A stretch of 64,000 bases of DNA from the human T2T-CHM13v2.0 reference genome, Homo sapiens. The position numbers and the translations under genes are program-made. The notes under the pieces are model-generated. The model saw nothing but the letters and a program-made list of their open reading frames with translations. It searched no databases and was not told where the DNA came from. Every line of letters starts with the position of its first letter. Positions within the stretch are counted from its first letter, which is position 1. The DNA is taken from assembly GCF_009914755.1 (NCBI RefSeq), contig NC_060935.1. One strand, written 5' to 3'. Positions 26,280 to 39,940 of this stretch are shown here, one piece after another.

Positions 26280-26860
26280 TATGCAATTTGATTAATTTTA
26301 AAAATAATAATAAAATGTCTCCCCTTTCTGCCCCCCCATTGAGTATTTTATCAGAAGCAAGAGCTGTGCACTTTTCCCCTTCCAAGCTCCTAAAAAGTGC
26401 AGAGTTGGATGAAAATTATACACAATGAACACCAAAGAAGTAGCAATTGTTGCATTTCTTTGAGGTCTGTTGCCTGATTTCTCTCAGGCTCTCTGCCCAG
26501 TTCCTTTTGGCCCTGCCTGGCTGCTAATTTGCACAACTGTCTTTACGCTCCAAGAGCCTGGCTTGGGCTCAAACTTCATCTTTTAGAGCCGGAGAGTTGG
26601 GGGAAGGGGAGGTTAGAGAGGCTTCACTTTAACTTGTATTATTGATACAAAGAAAAACAATGGCTTGTGTTTACTGAAAATTAATTTTTTGGAAATTACT
26701 TTGTCATTTGTTTTACTCTTCTTAATTAAAATTTACTTGGTGAAGAGAACACCCCATAAATTAACTCAAATGCAACAGCAAATTAATTAGCATTTAGTTA
26801 CTAGACATTACTCACAGACCGGACAAATTGTTTTCAGGCTGTCATCTGCATTTGGCATCA
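26280..26860. promoter_or_regulatory. Putative homeodomain-rich enhancer
   Basis: Dense TAATTA/TTAATTAA and CCCATAAA motifs in unique sequence; inference. Confidence 0.4.
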
Positions 26861-27244
26861 GAGGATGCGGGTGGGGCTGGCAGGGCCCTAGGGGTTATTT
26901 TTGCTGGTGCTGTCCAGATAGTCTCTGCCCGGATCCCTGCGTCACCTGCACTTTCAGGCACTCAGGCCATACTTCCAGACAACTCAGGCCACCCTATCAT
27001 AGATGCTGGCCAGCCCTTTGTATTTTCACATGGAAGATACTCCCACCCTCCCTCCCTGGAAACAATCATTAAAAAAAAAAAAAAAGACGTCATCAGGACA
27101 GCAAGGCTGTGCTGAAGGTGATCTTGCCTGGAGGCCAGAAGATGGGCTCAGTGACCTCAGGAAGTCCCTTTTAGCCAATGGCATCTTGGATTCTATGAAA
27201 CACAGGCTTAGAGAAACCAATGCCAAGCACTTTCCATTCTTATT

Positions 27245-27641
27245 CTTTTTTTTTTTTTTTATATATACTTTAAGTTCTAGGGTACATGTGCACAACGTGC
27301 AGGTTTGTTACATATGTATACCTGTGCCATGTTGGTGTGCTGCACCCATTAACTCGTCATTTAGCATTAGGTATATCTCCTAATGCTATCCCTCCCCCCT
27401 CCCCCCACCCCACAACAGACCCCAGTGTGTGATGTTCCCCTTCCTGTGTCCACGTGTTCTCATTGTTCAGTTCCCACCTATGATGAGAACATGCGGTGTT
27501 TGGTTTTTTGTCCTTGCGATAGTTTGCCGAGAATGATGGTTTCCAGCTTCATCCATGTCCCTACAAAGGACATGAACTCATCATTTTTTATGGCTGCATA
27601 GTATTCCATGGTGTATATGTGCCACATTTTCTTAATCCAGT
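27245..27641 (-). mobile_element. Young L1PA (about L1PA3-5) 3' end, 5'-truncated
   Basis: Poly(T), then atactttaagttctagggtacatgtgcacaacgtgcagg...ccacattttcttaatccagt, close to the L1PA consensus; the minus-strand ORF contains KKMWHIYTMEYYAAIKNDEFMSF (ORF2 C-terminus). Confidence 0.97.
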
Positions 27642-27789
27642 TATATGATGGACTCCTGTTGAATCCAAAGAAGAACTTACCAAAGGAAAGAACTGGAATA
27701 GTGGAAGCGAATGAATACAAGGAACAAGCTAGGTTGAACCATTTCTGCTGATGAATGATCCTTATGTCTTGCAAAAAAGAGATAGGACG

Positions 27790-27990
27790 CTTAGAGTGTG
27801 GTGGTGAAGGACAAAAGCAGGCTGCCTGGATTTCAATCCTAGCTTGTTTTGCTGCTGTGTGACCTTGGACAAGCTGCTTAACTTCTCTCAGCCTTGGTTT
27901 CTTTGGATACCAATAGTTCCTGTCTTCTGGGTATGCTGTAAGGATTAAATAAGACATGCATGTAAAGCCCTGAGAGTGGTGGCAAGCACT
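27790..27990 (+). mobile_element. MIR SINE
   Basis: ctgtgtgaccttggacaagctgcttaacttctctcagcctt...aggattaaataaga. Confidence 0.85.
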
Positions 27991-28019
27991 CAGGGTGCCC
28001 CAGTGACAGGTGAGCATGC

Positions 28020-28205
28020 AGCCTCCAAAGCCAGATGCTTAGGCTTAAAGCCCAGCCTGGCCACTTACCAGTAACTGAACTTCTCCATGCCTCAGTTTCC
28101 TCATCTGCATAGTGGAGACAAAGAGTTCCTATTTTGAGTAAATGATTTAATACCTGTAAAGTGTTTAGAATTGTGGATTAGTATCTGGGACATAATAAAT
28201 GCTCA
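28020..28205 (+). mobile_element. MIR SINE
   Basis: ccatgcctcagtttcctcatctgcatagtggag...gtaaagtgtttagaa. Confidence 0.75.
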
Positions 28206-28924
28206 TTTTTAAAGTAGTTAGTTTTTGTTGTTATTTTATCAACGTCCATTTGACATTGTGACAAAGTCAGGGTCATAGAACCATAAGCTCAAAAAGGGGC
28301 CAGTTCTCTGCAGCCATCCAAGGGGGAGCCAAGCTGCCAGTGCTGGGGCAGGCTCTTCCTGGGAAAGACTATCTTCACAATACACCAGGCCCTGCGAATG
28401 AACAAACAAGTCAGCCCAGCCACGACAGCCTGACAGCAGCAATGCCACCGCTAATGCAGCCTGATTCCCTTCTAGCTATGCAAAGCGGCAGCCCCATAAA
28501 TAGTCCCCCTTCCCGACAAACAGGAGGTCCAGCCTGAAATGGACGCTCACTGATAAACGATGATGTATGGCAGCCTTCTTCGGTAAAACAAGTTCACTCC
28601 AGCAGGCTGGGGCTTCTCGGGGAGGAAGGTGGATGTGGAAGTGACTGGAGTCTGTGATCAGTAGAAGGGTTAGTATAAGGAGGCTAAGCCTAGTGTGACC
28701 CATCCTGTCCTCTCCAGCCACCAAAAGAAGGGTCCTCCAGAGGTGGCCCGCCAGCTCTTCCTACAGCTAGGCACCACAGGACAGGAGCAGGTGAAGGGAG
28801 GGGCAGCAGAGCCCTCTGCAGATAGGCAGTCCCTTCTTCAGTGGCCAGAGGACTGCTAGTGGAAGAGGACAAAGGCCAGGTTGAAGAGGGAGCTTTCCTG
28901 GGCACTGAATTAAATGCAGGAATC

Positions 28925-29150
28925 TGAACCACATGGGCTGATTCAAATCCCAGCCCCACCCACTTACCACCTGTGAAGCTCAAAGCAAGTTAGTTAACAC
29001 CTCTGTGCCTCGGCTTTCTTGCCTGTAAAATAGGAATAATTGCAATGCCTGGCTCACAGAATTACTGTGAGAATTGTAAAGGTTAATACCTCTAAAGTGC
29101 TTACATAACCCAACACCAGTAACAGGAGGAGCACTAGGTAAATATCTGTT
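28925..29150 (+). mobile_element. MIR SINE
   Basis: attcaaatcccagcccc...acctctgtgcctcggctttcttgcctgtaaaataggaataat. Confidence 0.8.
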
Positions 29151-29534
29151 ATCATTATTAAAAGTCCAATTTCTCCCATAAAATATGTGCCATTCATTCC
29201 CTTAACACATTTTTATGGAGCACTTATTATATGGAAAACAGTGCGTTCAGTGCTGGGAAGACGCAAACAAGTGAGAAACAGCCCTGGCACTCAGCAAGGG
29301 GTACCTATTACATAGTGAGATGCATCCAAGCATACTCATGTAAATGGTGTTGTCCTCATCAGATCTCTCATTTCTGTCATTTATTTCACTCAACAGATAC
29401 TTGTGGAGCATCTACAATGTGCTGGGGACTGTAGGAGGCACTGGGGATATAAATGTGGCCACGCAGAAATAGTGTACAGTCTAATGAAAACAATGACAGT
29501 TACACCATTTGTAAAAGGTACTACTGTTGCCCAT

Positions 29535-30234
29535 TGATACAATTGGAATATATGTCCCTGTCAAATCTCATGTTGAATTGTAATTTTAAGTGTTGGAGGT
29601 GCAGGCTGCTGGGAAGTATTTGGGTTCTGGGGTCAGATCCTTCATGGCTTGGTGCTGTCCTCACCACAATGGTGAGTTCTCATAAGGTCTGGTTGTTTAT
29701 TATTTATTTATTTAGAGACAGAGTTTTGCTCTCGTTGCCCAGGCTACAATGCAACCTCTGCCTCCCAGGTTCAAGCAATTCTCCTGCCTCAGTCTCCCAA
29801 GTAGCTGGGATTACAGGTGTATACCACCACGACCAGCTAATTTTTTTTCTTCTTTTGTATTTTTAATAGAGACCGGGTTTCAGCATGTTGGTCAGGCTGG
29901 TCTTGAACTCCTGACCTCAAGTGATCCACCTGCCTCAGCCTCCCAAAGTGCTGGGGTTACAGGTGTGAGCCACCACACCCGGCCTAGGTCTGATTGTTTA
30001 AAAGTGTGTGTCAGCTCCCCTCACTCTCTCTTGCTTCTGCTCTTGCCATGTGATATGTCTGCTCCCACTTTGCCCTCCACCACGAGTGAAAGCTCCCTGA
30101 GGCCTCCCCAGAAGCCAAGCAGATGTTGGTGTCATTCTTGTAGAACCTGCAAAACCGTAAGCCAATTAAGCCTCTTTCCTTTATTACCCAGACTCAGGTA
30201 TTCCTTTATAGCAATGAAAGAATGGCCTAACACA
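29535..30234 (+). mobile_element. MST (MaLR) solo LTR interrupted by an Alu
   Basis: tgatacaattggaatatatgtccc...aaatctcatgttgaattgtaat start; ctcaggtattcctttatagcaatg...cctaacaca end. Confidence 0.92.
29700..29984 (-). mobile_element. Alu (AluS, Sq/Sp-like) nested in the MST LTR
   Basis: Antisense Alu with (TTTA)n tail; 15-bp TSD aggtctggttgttta (29685-29699) / aggtctgattgttta (29986-30000). Confidence 0.97.
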
Positions 30235-30379
30235 CCTACTCAGTGTCCATTCACCTGTCTTTATGATAGAGACTTCATATGAACCAATACCATCCATATG
30301 GTCTGGTACTAACCCTGCCCAACACTCATGGGCCTGATGGTTTCAAGGAGTCTCTTGCTATTGATTTTTCCAGAAATAG

Positions 30380-30757
30380 GCCTATGAACCAATTCCTGTA
30401 GACTAAGACATGGGGAGAAGGCTGCTAGAGAGTCTGGGAAAAGCTTTCTCTCTCCCAAGAGAGAGCTACAGGGAGAGACAGCCTCTCCCCCTTGTCAGAA
30501 TAGTGCTGTGTCTGAGTGATGCCCAAATCTGCAGAGTCATTTTATTTGACCAGGCTGAAGATAAATCTGATAGCCAGGATGGCAGGACAGAGAGACAAAA
30601 ACAACCTAGGCCCCTGGTGACACCCCTGAGACCCTGAACCCACCAACCCTGAAGCCTGATCTGCCTTTGGATCTCCAGCTACATGAGAGAATAAACTTCC
30701 CTCTTGTTAAGCCAGTTGGACTCCAGGTTTCTGTTCTCTGTTGCTGAAGCATCCTGT
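30380..30757 (+). mobile_element. MLT1 (J/K/L-like) LTR fragment
   Basis: gatggcaggacagagagac...gagagaataaacttccctcttgttaagccagttgg...tctgtt...aagcatcctg. Confidence 0.7.
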
Positions 30758-31997
30758 GGAATTATAGGCTAATAATAATATATATTACTATTAATAGTGA
30801 ACATTAAAACATGCCTGACATTTCAAAATACACTTTCACATTTATTATTTTATTTGATCTTCAAACCAATACAGTCAGAAAGATATTCTTTTCATCCTTA
30901 TTTTACAGATGAAGAAGTGAAGGCTCCAGGGGTTTGGGTGACTTGCACAAGGTCGAAGCTGGTTCTGTCCATCCAAACATGGGTGGGCTGAATCAATTTC
31001 TGTTTCCTTGCTCCTATTCTGACAAGGCTGCCATTGCTCCAGCATGTCTAGAACTTCTTTTCTGGAATGTACTGTAAACCATTTCAACAAATAATAAACA
31101 TCTTCAGAAAGGGACTTCCTATTAACAGGAATCCAGGCAAGCTGGCTGGAACCTTAGGGTTTTTCTTTCCATGAGGCTCCAATAAATCTCATCAGAAATA
31201 TGAAACTTTGAAACTATCAAGAAGGAAGGCAAAGAACCTTAATCTCTTGGACAGTGACCTCCATTGGCTTGGGCATTCTCCCAGTGGAAAGATGGAGTCT
31301 GATGCATAGGCACTGGTAGATTGTTGAAAAAGTGGGACAACTGGCTGTTGCCCTTAGCCATGATATTTATATTATCTCCCAAGATAGTTCCAGAAGGACT
31401 TGGGGCTGAGTGCAGGAAGAAAGACATAAAACAAGGAAGGAGGAGCCACATCAAAGACCTAATCATAGGCACCCACTCAGCGAGAAGCTGAGGACACAGC
31501 GGGTCCAGGGCCGGAGAGAGTCCTGGGGCGCTCATTGTCTGGAGCAGAACTGGATGAAACGCAGACCAGGGCAGAGGCCAGCACACAACTGTGTCAGGGA
31601 GGAACATGTCAAAAGAGCAAAGACCACGGATGAGCTCAGAGAACAGGCCAGAGCTAAGATGGGTCTGATGTCAGGGAATCTTACAATAGTGCAGCGGGTT
31701 CCACAGGCACAGTGGAGCTCAGACAAGACGCTGGGTAGCAAGGTGGTCTAGCCTAATGTCTCTTTGTCCATGCTTGCTCCTTGCTTTCTTCCCTGCTTCC
31801 TAAAGGAGCTGTGCACAGATTTTAAAGTTTTAAAGCAAGGGATATTATAGTTTGCCCTTGAATCATTCATCTTGCAGGGGGTCGGGGGAGCTAGAAAGAA
31901 GAGAAACTCCACTGTTGGAATGGAGGACTGTCCAGGAAACAGAAGAGGAAACAGAAATGACATTCTCTCGGGGAGAGGCACTGGACCTCCAAAGTAA

Positions 31998-32369
<372 letters not shown>

Positions 32370-32673
32370 CCCATCACCTTTAAAAGAAGCCTAAATGGTC
32401 GCCAGAAAACACCACAGCTCAGTGGCAGTGGGAAGAGTAGGGAGCAGAAGGGAAGGAAGGCTGCGAGGAAAGACCACTTTCTCTTAAGACTGCCGGTGCC
32501 CTCCCCTCCATGCTGATGCCTGCTATGGAGTCTAATCCCCATTCTTGGAGCACAGATTTGGGATCTGCAGAGTCTTTTGGAGACAATAACGGTGAATAAA
32601 GTGGGCAACCAAGGTGGGTAATAGCATATTTTGATCAATAACCACTTTTTCTTGGTAACTCTGGCCATTTTCT

Positions 32674-32986
32674 TTTTCTTTTCTTTTTTTTTTTTTTTAT
32701 TTTGGAGACAGGGTCTCACTCTATTGCCCAGGCTGGAGTGCAGTGGTGCAGTCTTGGCTCACTGCCACCTCCGCCTCATGGGTTCAGGCAATTCTCCTGC
32801 TTCAGCCTCCTGAGTAGCTGGGATTACAGGTGCACGCCATCACTCCCAGCTAATTTTTGTATTTTTAGTAAAGACTGGATCTCACCATGTTGACAAGGCT
32901 GGTCTTGAACTCCTGACCTCAAGTGATCCGCCTGCCTCAGCCTCCTAGAGTGCTGGGATTACAGGCATGAGCCACCATGCCTGGCC
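32674..32986 (-). mobile_element. Alu (AluSx-like)
   Basis: Full antisense Alu; TSD ctctggccattttct / ctgttgccattttct. Confidence 0.96.
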
Positions 32987-33289
32987 CTGTTGCCATTTTC
33001 TAGTCAAAAAGCCTCTGAGTCTCAGAAAGAGTATATGACTGCCTAAGATCACATGACAAGTGCACTCTTTACATAGGTTCTCTGAGTAAATCTTTACAGC
33101 AATTGGCATGGTGGAGTGACGGGCACAAGCCTTAAGGTCAAATGATGCTTCTGTCACTTTCTATGTCTTTCTATGAAATAAAGATACAGATACCCAGCTT
33201 ACAGCATTGCTCTGAGGGTGTCATAAGATGATGTGTGCAAAGGGCTTGGTCCCAAAGAGACCATACCAATGGCACAAAAGAAATCCATT

Positions 33290-33390
33290 CTGTCAACAAT
33301 AATGTATTGTACAACATAATGTATTTGTTAAGAGAGTAGATCCCATGTTAAGCATTCCTACCACAATAGAATTTTTAAAAAATAAAGACC
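33290..33390 (+). mobile_element. L1M 3'-terminal fragment
   Basis: aacaataatgtattgtac...tgttaagagagtagat...taccacaata followed by A-rich tail. Confidence 0.65.
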
Positions 33391-33714
33391 AAAACAAAAC
33401 AACAATAACCAAAAGAAACAGCAGTTCTCCTTTTTTATCTATCCCAGAGACTTTCCAGAGCAAGGGATCACATTTTGCTCCCTTTTTATAGCACAAAGTC
33501 TCTCAAATGCTTCAGAATTTCTATATGGCAAGCCTGGTCAAGTGTTTGACCTTCTGGAATGAATTCTGTGTGAGTAACGTTACTGATGTCGAAGAAACAA
33601 GTCAACATTGTCTTCTGATCTTGACTAATGCTTTCTGTGGTCTAAGAAATATGGAAATTCTCTGTGACATGCTTGGGCTCTTAGCTTCCAGCTCACAGCA
33701 GAAATGGCTACGAC

Positions 33715-33915
33715 AGTGAACATTAACTAGGCACCTATTATATGACAGGTATTAAGCCATTATTTGCATCTAATCTTATGTAACCCTCACAGCAGGCCTA
33801 TGCAATAAGAATCGTAATCCTTATTTTCTAGAGGAGGAAACCGAGGCTCAGGATGTAACTTATCCAAGGTTACCTGGCTAGTAGTGAAAGAGACCAGAGT
33901 TAATTCCAGCTCCCT
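33715..33915 (-). mobile_element. MIR SINE
   Basis: ttattttctagaggaggaaaccgaggctcaggatgtaacttatccaaggttac. Confidence 0.75.
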
Positions 33916-34187
33916 CTGGTGCTAATGTCTATGCTTCTCTTCAATACCATATGCCATCCGAAGTTACCATTTTATTTCAAAATGTATTGTTTCATCTCTC
34001 ATCCTCCAAAAAAAAAAATCAGACTAAATGCCCAGACTTCATTGTTTCTCTTTATCATTCAGCGTAAGTTTAATTTAAAAGAAAACGGCACTTTCCTCCT
34101 GTTCAGATTTCATTCCAGAATGAATCTGTCCCTTTATCTAATTTTAACTCCAGTCATCTTTCTATCTGAATGTGTGAAATCTCTGAC

Positions 34188-34364
34188 CTTTTCAATATCT
34201 CCACTGGGCCACTGGACAGCTGCTTCATGTATCACTGTGGACAGCTTGACTTTGGTCTCAAAAATGTGGGTGCCTTCCCACAGCCTTGCTTCTGGCATTC
34301 CTCCATCTGCATATTCCACTTTTAACTTGCCGGGGGTCTCACCTGCAGATTTATGCAGCTCCAT
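34188..34364 (-). other. Candidate 177-nt phase-0 exon, open throughout (MELHKSAGETPG...SGDIEK); product not recognised
   Basis: Acceptor gttgcattttag| directly before ATG, donor AAG|gtcaga at 34187; 59 open codons in unique sequence. Confidence 0.45.
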
Positions 34365-34629
34365 CTAAAATGCAACTTTAAATTTTTACTTGAAACATCA
34401 GCTACTCACTCTCAGCTTCACCCAGGACAACACACAATTCTGGTCACCACAGTTATTTCTTTAAAACAGAATGACCTGCCCTATACCACATTTCAGTTAC
34501 AACCAAGGATCCTTGGCTTCCACAAACCACTTGAAAATTTCATCTCCACATTCTAGATTCATATCACATAGTGATATTCAGATCTCTTCATAGAATAGTA
34601 AGACTACACTCTCTATCAAAATACAATCT

Positions 34630-34900
34630 AACAGTTACCCTTTGACCCAGTAATACCACGTCTAATAATCTACCTTAAAGAAATAATTGAAATACAGATA
34701 AAGATTTATGTGCTGCTCACTGCATATTATGTATAATAACCAAAAATTGGAAACCATCTCATATCAACAATGAGAGGATGGTTAAATAAATTATAGGGCA
34801 TAACTACAATGGAATATTATGAAGTCTTTAAAGATTATGTTTTCAAAGAATATTTAAAGACATGAAAAAATGTTCATGATATAGAGTTAGATTTCTTAAA
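34630..34900 (+). mobile_element. Old L1M (L1ME-like) fragment
   Basis: ccctttgacccagtaatacc...ggatggttaaataaattatagg...caatggaatattatg. Confidence 0.75.
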
Positions 34901-34929
34901 AAAAGAAAACAACTTTCAAATATATGAGG

Positions 34930-35230
34930 GGTTGATGAGTGGAGGAGTGAGTCAACTTATTCCAAGTGGCTTTGGGGAAAGAGACAGAAGGAACACCTAG
35001 AAATAAGAGAAAGCTACCTAGAAACATGTTTAAGGAGAATATGAGAAGATGTTTCTAATGGTTATGGTTGCCTAAAATTGTAAAAGATTTCCTGGGTAGG
35101 TAATGATCTCCCTGATACATGGGGAATTCAAACCAAGGCTGGGCAGCCACTAAATGGGGACATAGTAAAAGAGACTCAGGCACCAATATGATATTGACCC
35201 CAAAAACCCTTATAACCCTGAAATTATAAT
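34930..35230 (+). mobile_element. CR1/L3 LINE fragment
   Basis: gtaatgatctccctgatacatggggaattcaaaccaaggctgggcagccact resembles the L3 3' region. Confidence 0.5.
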
Positions 35231-35485
35231 ATTGTGCTAGTAGCTGTTGCATTCTAACCACCTATCTGAGCACGGTCAGTGTCGGAGAAATCTGAAAGGA
35301 GAGGTATGAAGAATAAAGGCATGGCCAGGGCACTTAGAAAGTCTGACCAGCCATAAAATTACCCAAGTGACAGCAGATGGATTCCCCAAGGTGCTGTCCT
35401 GGGCCATGTTTTATTGAAGGATGGCTGCCCCTCACTCAGCCCATGTAGGTCAGGTTCTGGCCTAATTTTCAAGGCTACCAAATGA

Positions 35486-36034
<549 letters not shown>

Positions 36035-36242
36035 TAGCCATAGATCAGGGCTATTCTATCTATGGGGACTTCAGAAAACATTAGATTGAGAGGCAACTTC
36101 AGTTTAATGACAAGCCACTGGGAAAGGATGGTGAAGTTACCTTGGAAATGACTAATGAGAAGAGATTTATGTGAGACGAAGGAGAACCTAAAGAGTTGAG
36201 CTTTCAGAAGGTCTAAGGAGGAATACCTAGTGCTCAGATCTT

Positions 36243-37303
36243 GGCACTAATCTTTCTAAAGCCATTCTCCAATAAAAGGAACCAGGTCTTTAGAGAAATG
36301 ACTGATTCTAGGGCTGGGGTAGTGAATACACAAGATGAGCCCGGACCATCTTATAGTGGCAGCAAGTAAGGAAGTGCTCAAAAAATAAAAGGATGGGGCA
36401 TGTCAAAGGGACATGGGAGCCAATTGAAAGAGCCTGCAATAGCCAAAGCTGGAACAATTTGAGCAACTGAATAAATACTGTAATATTATAACCCAGAATA
36501 TAAAAGTAAATATCTATGAGTCCATATTAATATAAGTAAATGACTGGATAAATGAATAAATAGAAAAGAAGACACAAATCTCCTGGGCCAAAAAAAAAAT
36601 TCCTAATAATTTATGTAGCTAATTTGTCCTCAATGAGGGGTGTAAATGTAACTCCTCACATCTTAAGTGTGTGCTGCAAGTAATGACTTCCTTCCAAAGA
36701 GTACAGTATGGGAAGGGAGAAGAGGAGTAACTGCACAGTGGAGAAGCCCAACAAACACTACCTCAGCCAGGCATTCAAGGTCAACACCAACACACTAATT
36801 CATGTTGATTGCTTGTGCCCTTGATAAGATGCAATGAAAATGGCCCTTTACCTCTGTGGTCTTCCTCTCCAAATCCCATCACCCCAGTCTAACCATAAGA
36901 CAAATCATAAGATTAAAACATTAGATAAATCCTAACTGAGATACATTCTATGAAATCCCTGAACAGTGCTCCTCAGCACTGCCAAGGCCATCAAAAACAA
37001 GGAAAGTCTGAGAAAATGTCACAGCCATCAGGAGCCGAAGGAGACACCTGGACTAAATGTCATGGGGTGTCGTGAATGGGATTCTGGAACAGAGAAGAAA
37101 CATGGATAAAAATGAAGGAAACCTGAATAAAGTGTCAACTTTAATTAATAATAATGTGTGAATATTATGGTGTTAATTATGACAAATGTACCATACCAAC
37201 ATAAAATATTAACAATAGAGGAAATTGGGATGGAGGATGCGGGAACTCTCTGTACTATCTTCTAGTTTTTTCTATAAATCTAAAACTATCTTAAAATAAA
37301 AAG
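36243..37303 (+). mobile_element. L1MC (L1MC3/4-like) 3' UTR
   Basis: aagccattctccaataaaaggaaccagg...ggagccaattgaaagagc...ggaactctctgtactatctt...aaatctaaaact; tail continues after the Alu to about 37630. Confidence 0.85.
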
Positions 37304-37603
<300 letters not shown>

Positions 37604-38039
37604 TTCAAAGGTTTATTAAAAAAAAAAAAATTCTAAGAAAGAAGCTAGAGAGGCTTTGACCTGGGTTGACCTGTGTAAGCATTCTGTAGAAGTTGATTGA
37701 GGCTAAATGCTCTGAGAAAGAAACAAATTGGATGAATTTCCAACATTGGGAAACCAGGAGAAACAACCCAATAGGCCAGGAGAATTGGGACTCTTTGGGG
37801 AGAGCTAGTTTCATCTTGAACCTGAGGTTCTTGCCGGTTCCTGCCAGAAATCCTCCTGCCAACTCAAGCCTCCAAATCTGAAAGGGATTGTCTGCCTGGT
37901 TGACAGTAAAGCAAGCTGGAGCCAAGATCAGAAGGCTTTGCGTTAAGCAAGGCAAAGCTAACCTCTGAAACCCTGCTGCATGCCCACCATTTGAAAGTCT
38001 TGCTATTTTCTGTAGTCTCCAACTCCTGGACTCACTCAC

Positions 38040-38216
38040 CTGGAATAAAGCAGTTCTTTCATTTGTAACAAATAGCTGAGCAAGTCGATGGCTTGTACAC
38101 CTTCCAACAGAGTAAATGCAGATACAGACCAAGAGCTGGGAGCAAGATTGCAGGTCCATGAGGCCTCATCTGGAGTGTAAACAGGCACATCTTTTCACAA
38201 TCTTAAATTTGTGTTT
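38040..38216 (-). other. Candidate 177-nt exon containing ATG at 38159
   Basis: Acceptor cttccactttctctgtttccaag| (alternative ctcctctttctcag| at 38280) and consensus donor CAG|gtgagt at 38039; 40 codons from ATG to donor (phase 0). Confidence 0.4.
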
Positions 38217-39709
38217 CTTGGAAACAGAGAAAGTGGAAGTTAAAGAGGATGGTTTGATGGTGTTGCTGGCTTCTGCCATCTGAGAAAGAGGAGTCGCAGT
38301 GACAAATGCAAGGCTAGGAAGCCAAGCACATCCCTTTCTTTAGCAATCAGAAAATTGCACTTAAAAAGGGCAGAGCATGGCTTCTTGTGGCTCAGAACAC
38401 TGTGTGCTTGGCCCCTGCCTCCTGGGTTCCTGTGGCTCGTGGGTCCAGCCCTGCTTCCCAGTTCTGTAATCTGCCAGGCCTTGGACTTAACTTCCACCCC
38501 AAACCTTGCTCCTCCTATAGGCTTTTCTGGGGACATCTGGTTCCTTCAACCCAGAGGGCGTCCTCAAACTGTGCCCACTTATTTCCCCCACTTGCTCACA
38601 ACCCAAGGAAAAGTAGTAAAGGAAAAGTTTGGGGGGTCTTATGATTAAAAAATTGGCTGGGTGATGTTTTATGCATGCATCTGTTATGCTAAAATAACCA
38701 TCCTTTCTAACCAGGCCCACCTGCTGTCTTTTTCAATTTTAAGTATTTCTAAGTAGCAATCAAATCAGTATAATTTGTTCTTTATCTCGGCAAAACCATT
38801 GTGAAAGAAAAATGTGACCATTATGTTACATCAGGGAAAAATACAAGCCCTTTATTTGCAGCCTTCTCTATATTCTATCAGATCTCACAGTTGTCATTAT
38901 GCCAGTTGTATTTAATGTTGTTCAAATGAACAGAGCTTTCTTTAATCACTACAGCCTTCTTTCCCCTAAATGCTTTTTCCAAGGTTATGGTTTTCAGAGA
39001 TAAATACATAAATACCAATGTTATGAATACGTTAAGGGTATCCAAGAGACAGCTTTCAGGATTTGTAGCAAGAACCTGCTGTCATTGGAGTTACACAATA
39101 GCTGGCTGATGTTTTGAGTATGAAGTTACTGGGTATTAGGAGAAGGCCTGATACCCCGCGAAGAGGCATAAGGCTATTTTGAGCCGATCACAATAGACCA
39201 CTCAGCAAATGCTGACTTTATAAATCTGGTATCTGGATCCTCACTGCTAATAACCAAAGCCAGCAAGTCCAGAGCTGCAGCCACCTGCCACGTGGAGTCA
39301 GGTCTTGGCGATCTGTCCTGCAGGTTTCCGCACCACACCTTCAGGCAGGGTCCTTCACGCCGACCTGCCACCAAAGGCAGGCAAACGTGAAGACTTAGGT
39401 CAGGCTTTTAGAGCTAAAAGAAATCATCTCTTGCAAAATACTTTATTTGCAAATTAGAAACCAGAGGTATAAAGAGGTTAAATGACTTGCCCAAACACAT
39501 ACGTCCAGCTAGCAGCAGAGCTAGGACAAGAACCCGAGTCTGCTAAAAGTATATTTTTGCTTCACTCTCAATTCGAGTACTCAAGCTCTCTAGTAAACAT
39601 TACATGGGGTGATTTCAACTTATAAGAATCCTACATTTATTGATTCAGATGTTCATTTAGGAAATATTTACTCTTTGCTAAGATGCTGAGAATAATAATT
39701 ATTGTTATC

Positions 39710-39940
39710 AACAGCTAATATTTTTTGTGTACCTGCCACCATCCTAAGCAATTAATGTAAATTAACTTGTTTATCCCTCAGAGTAAGCCCAAGTTCTAGG
39801 CACTATTAGGATCCCCATTTTACAGATGAGACAAGTAAGGCGCAGAGAGGTTAAGTAATGTGCCTGAGGGCACACATTGAAGAAACCAAGATGCATACCC
39901 CGAAGTCTGAGTCCAGACTCAGCATTGTGAATCACTACAA
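39710..39940 (-). mobile_element. MIR SINE
   Basis: ccccattttacagatgagacaagtaaggcgcagagaggttaagtaa. Confidence 0.85.

Noticed and set aside
27478-28017. 179-aa ORF ending in an L1 ORF2-like C-terminus
   Set aside because: Read-through of MIR and truncated L1PA sequence, not a gene
29453-30282. ORFs of 137 and 177 aa
   Set aside because: Translations of MST LTR and antisense Alu
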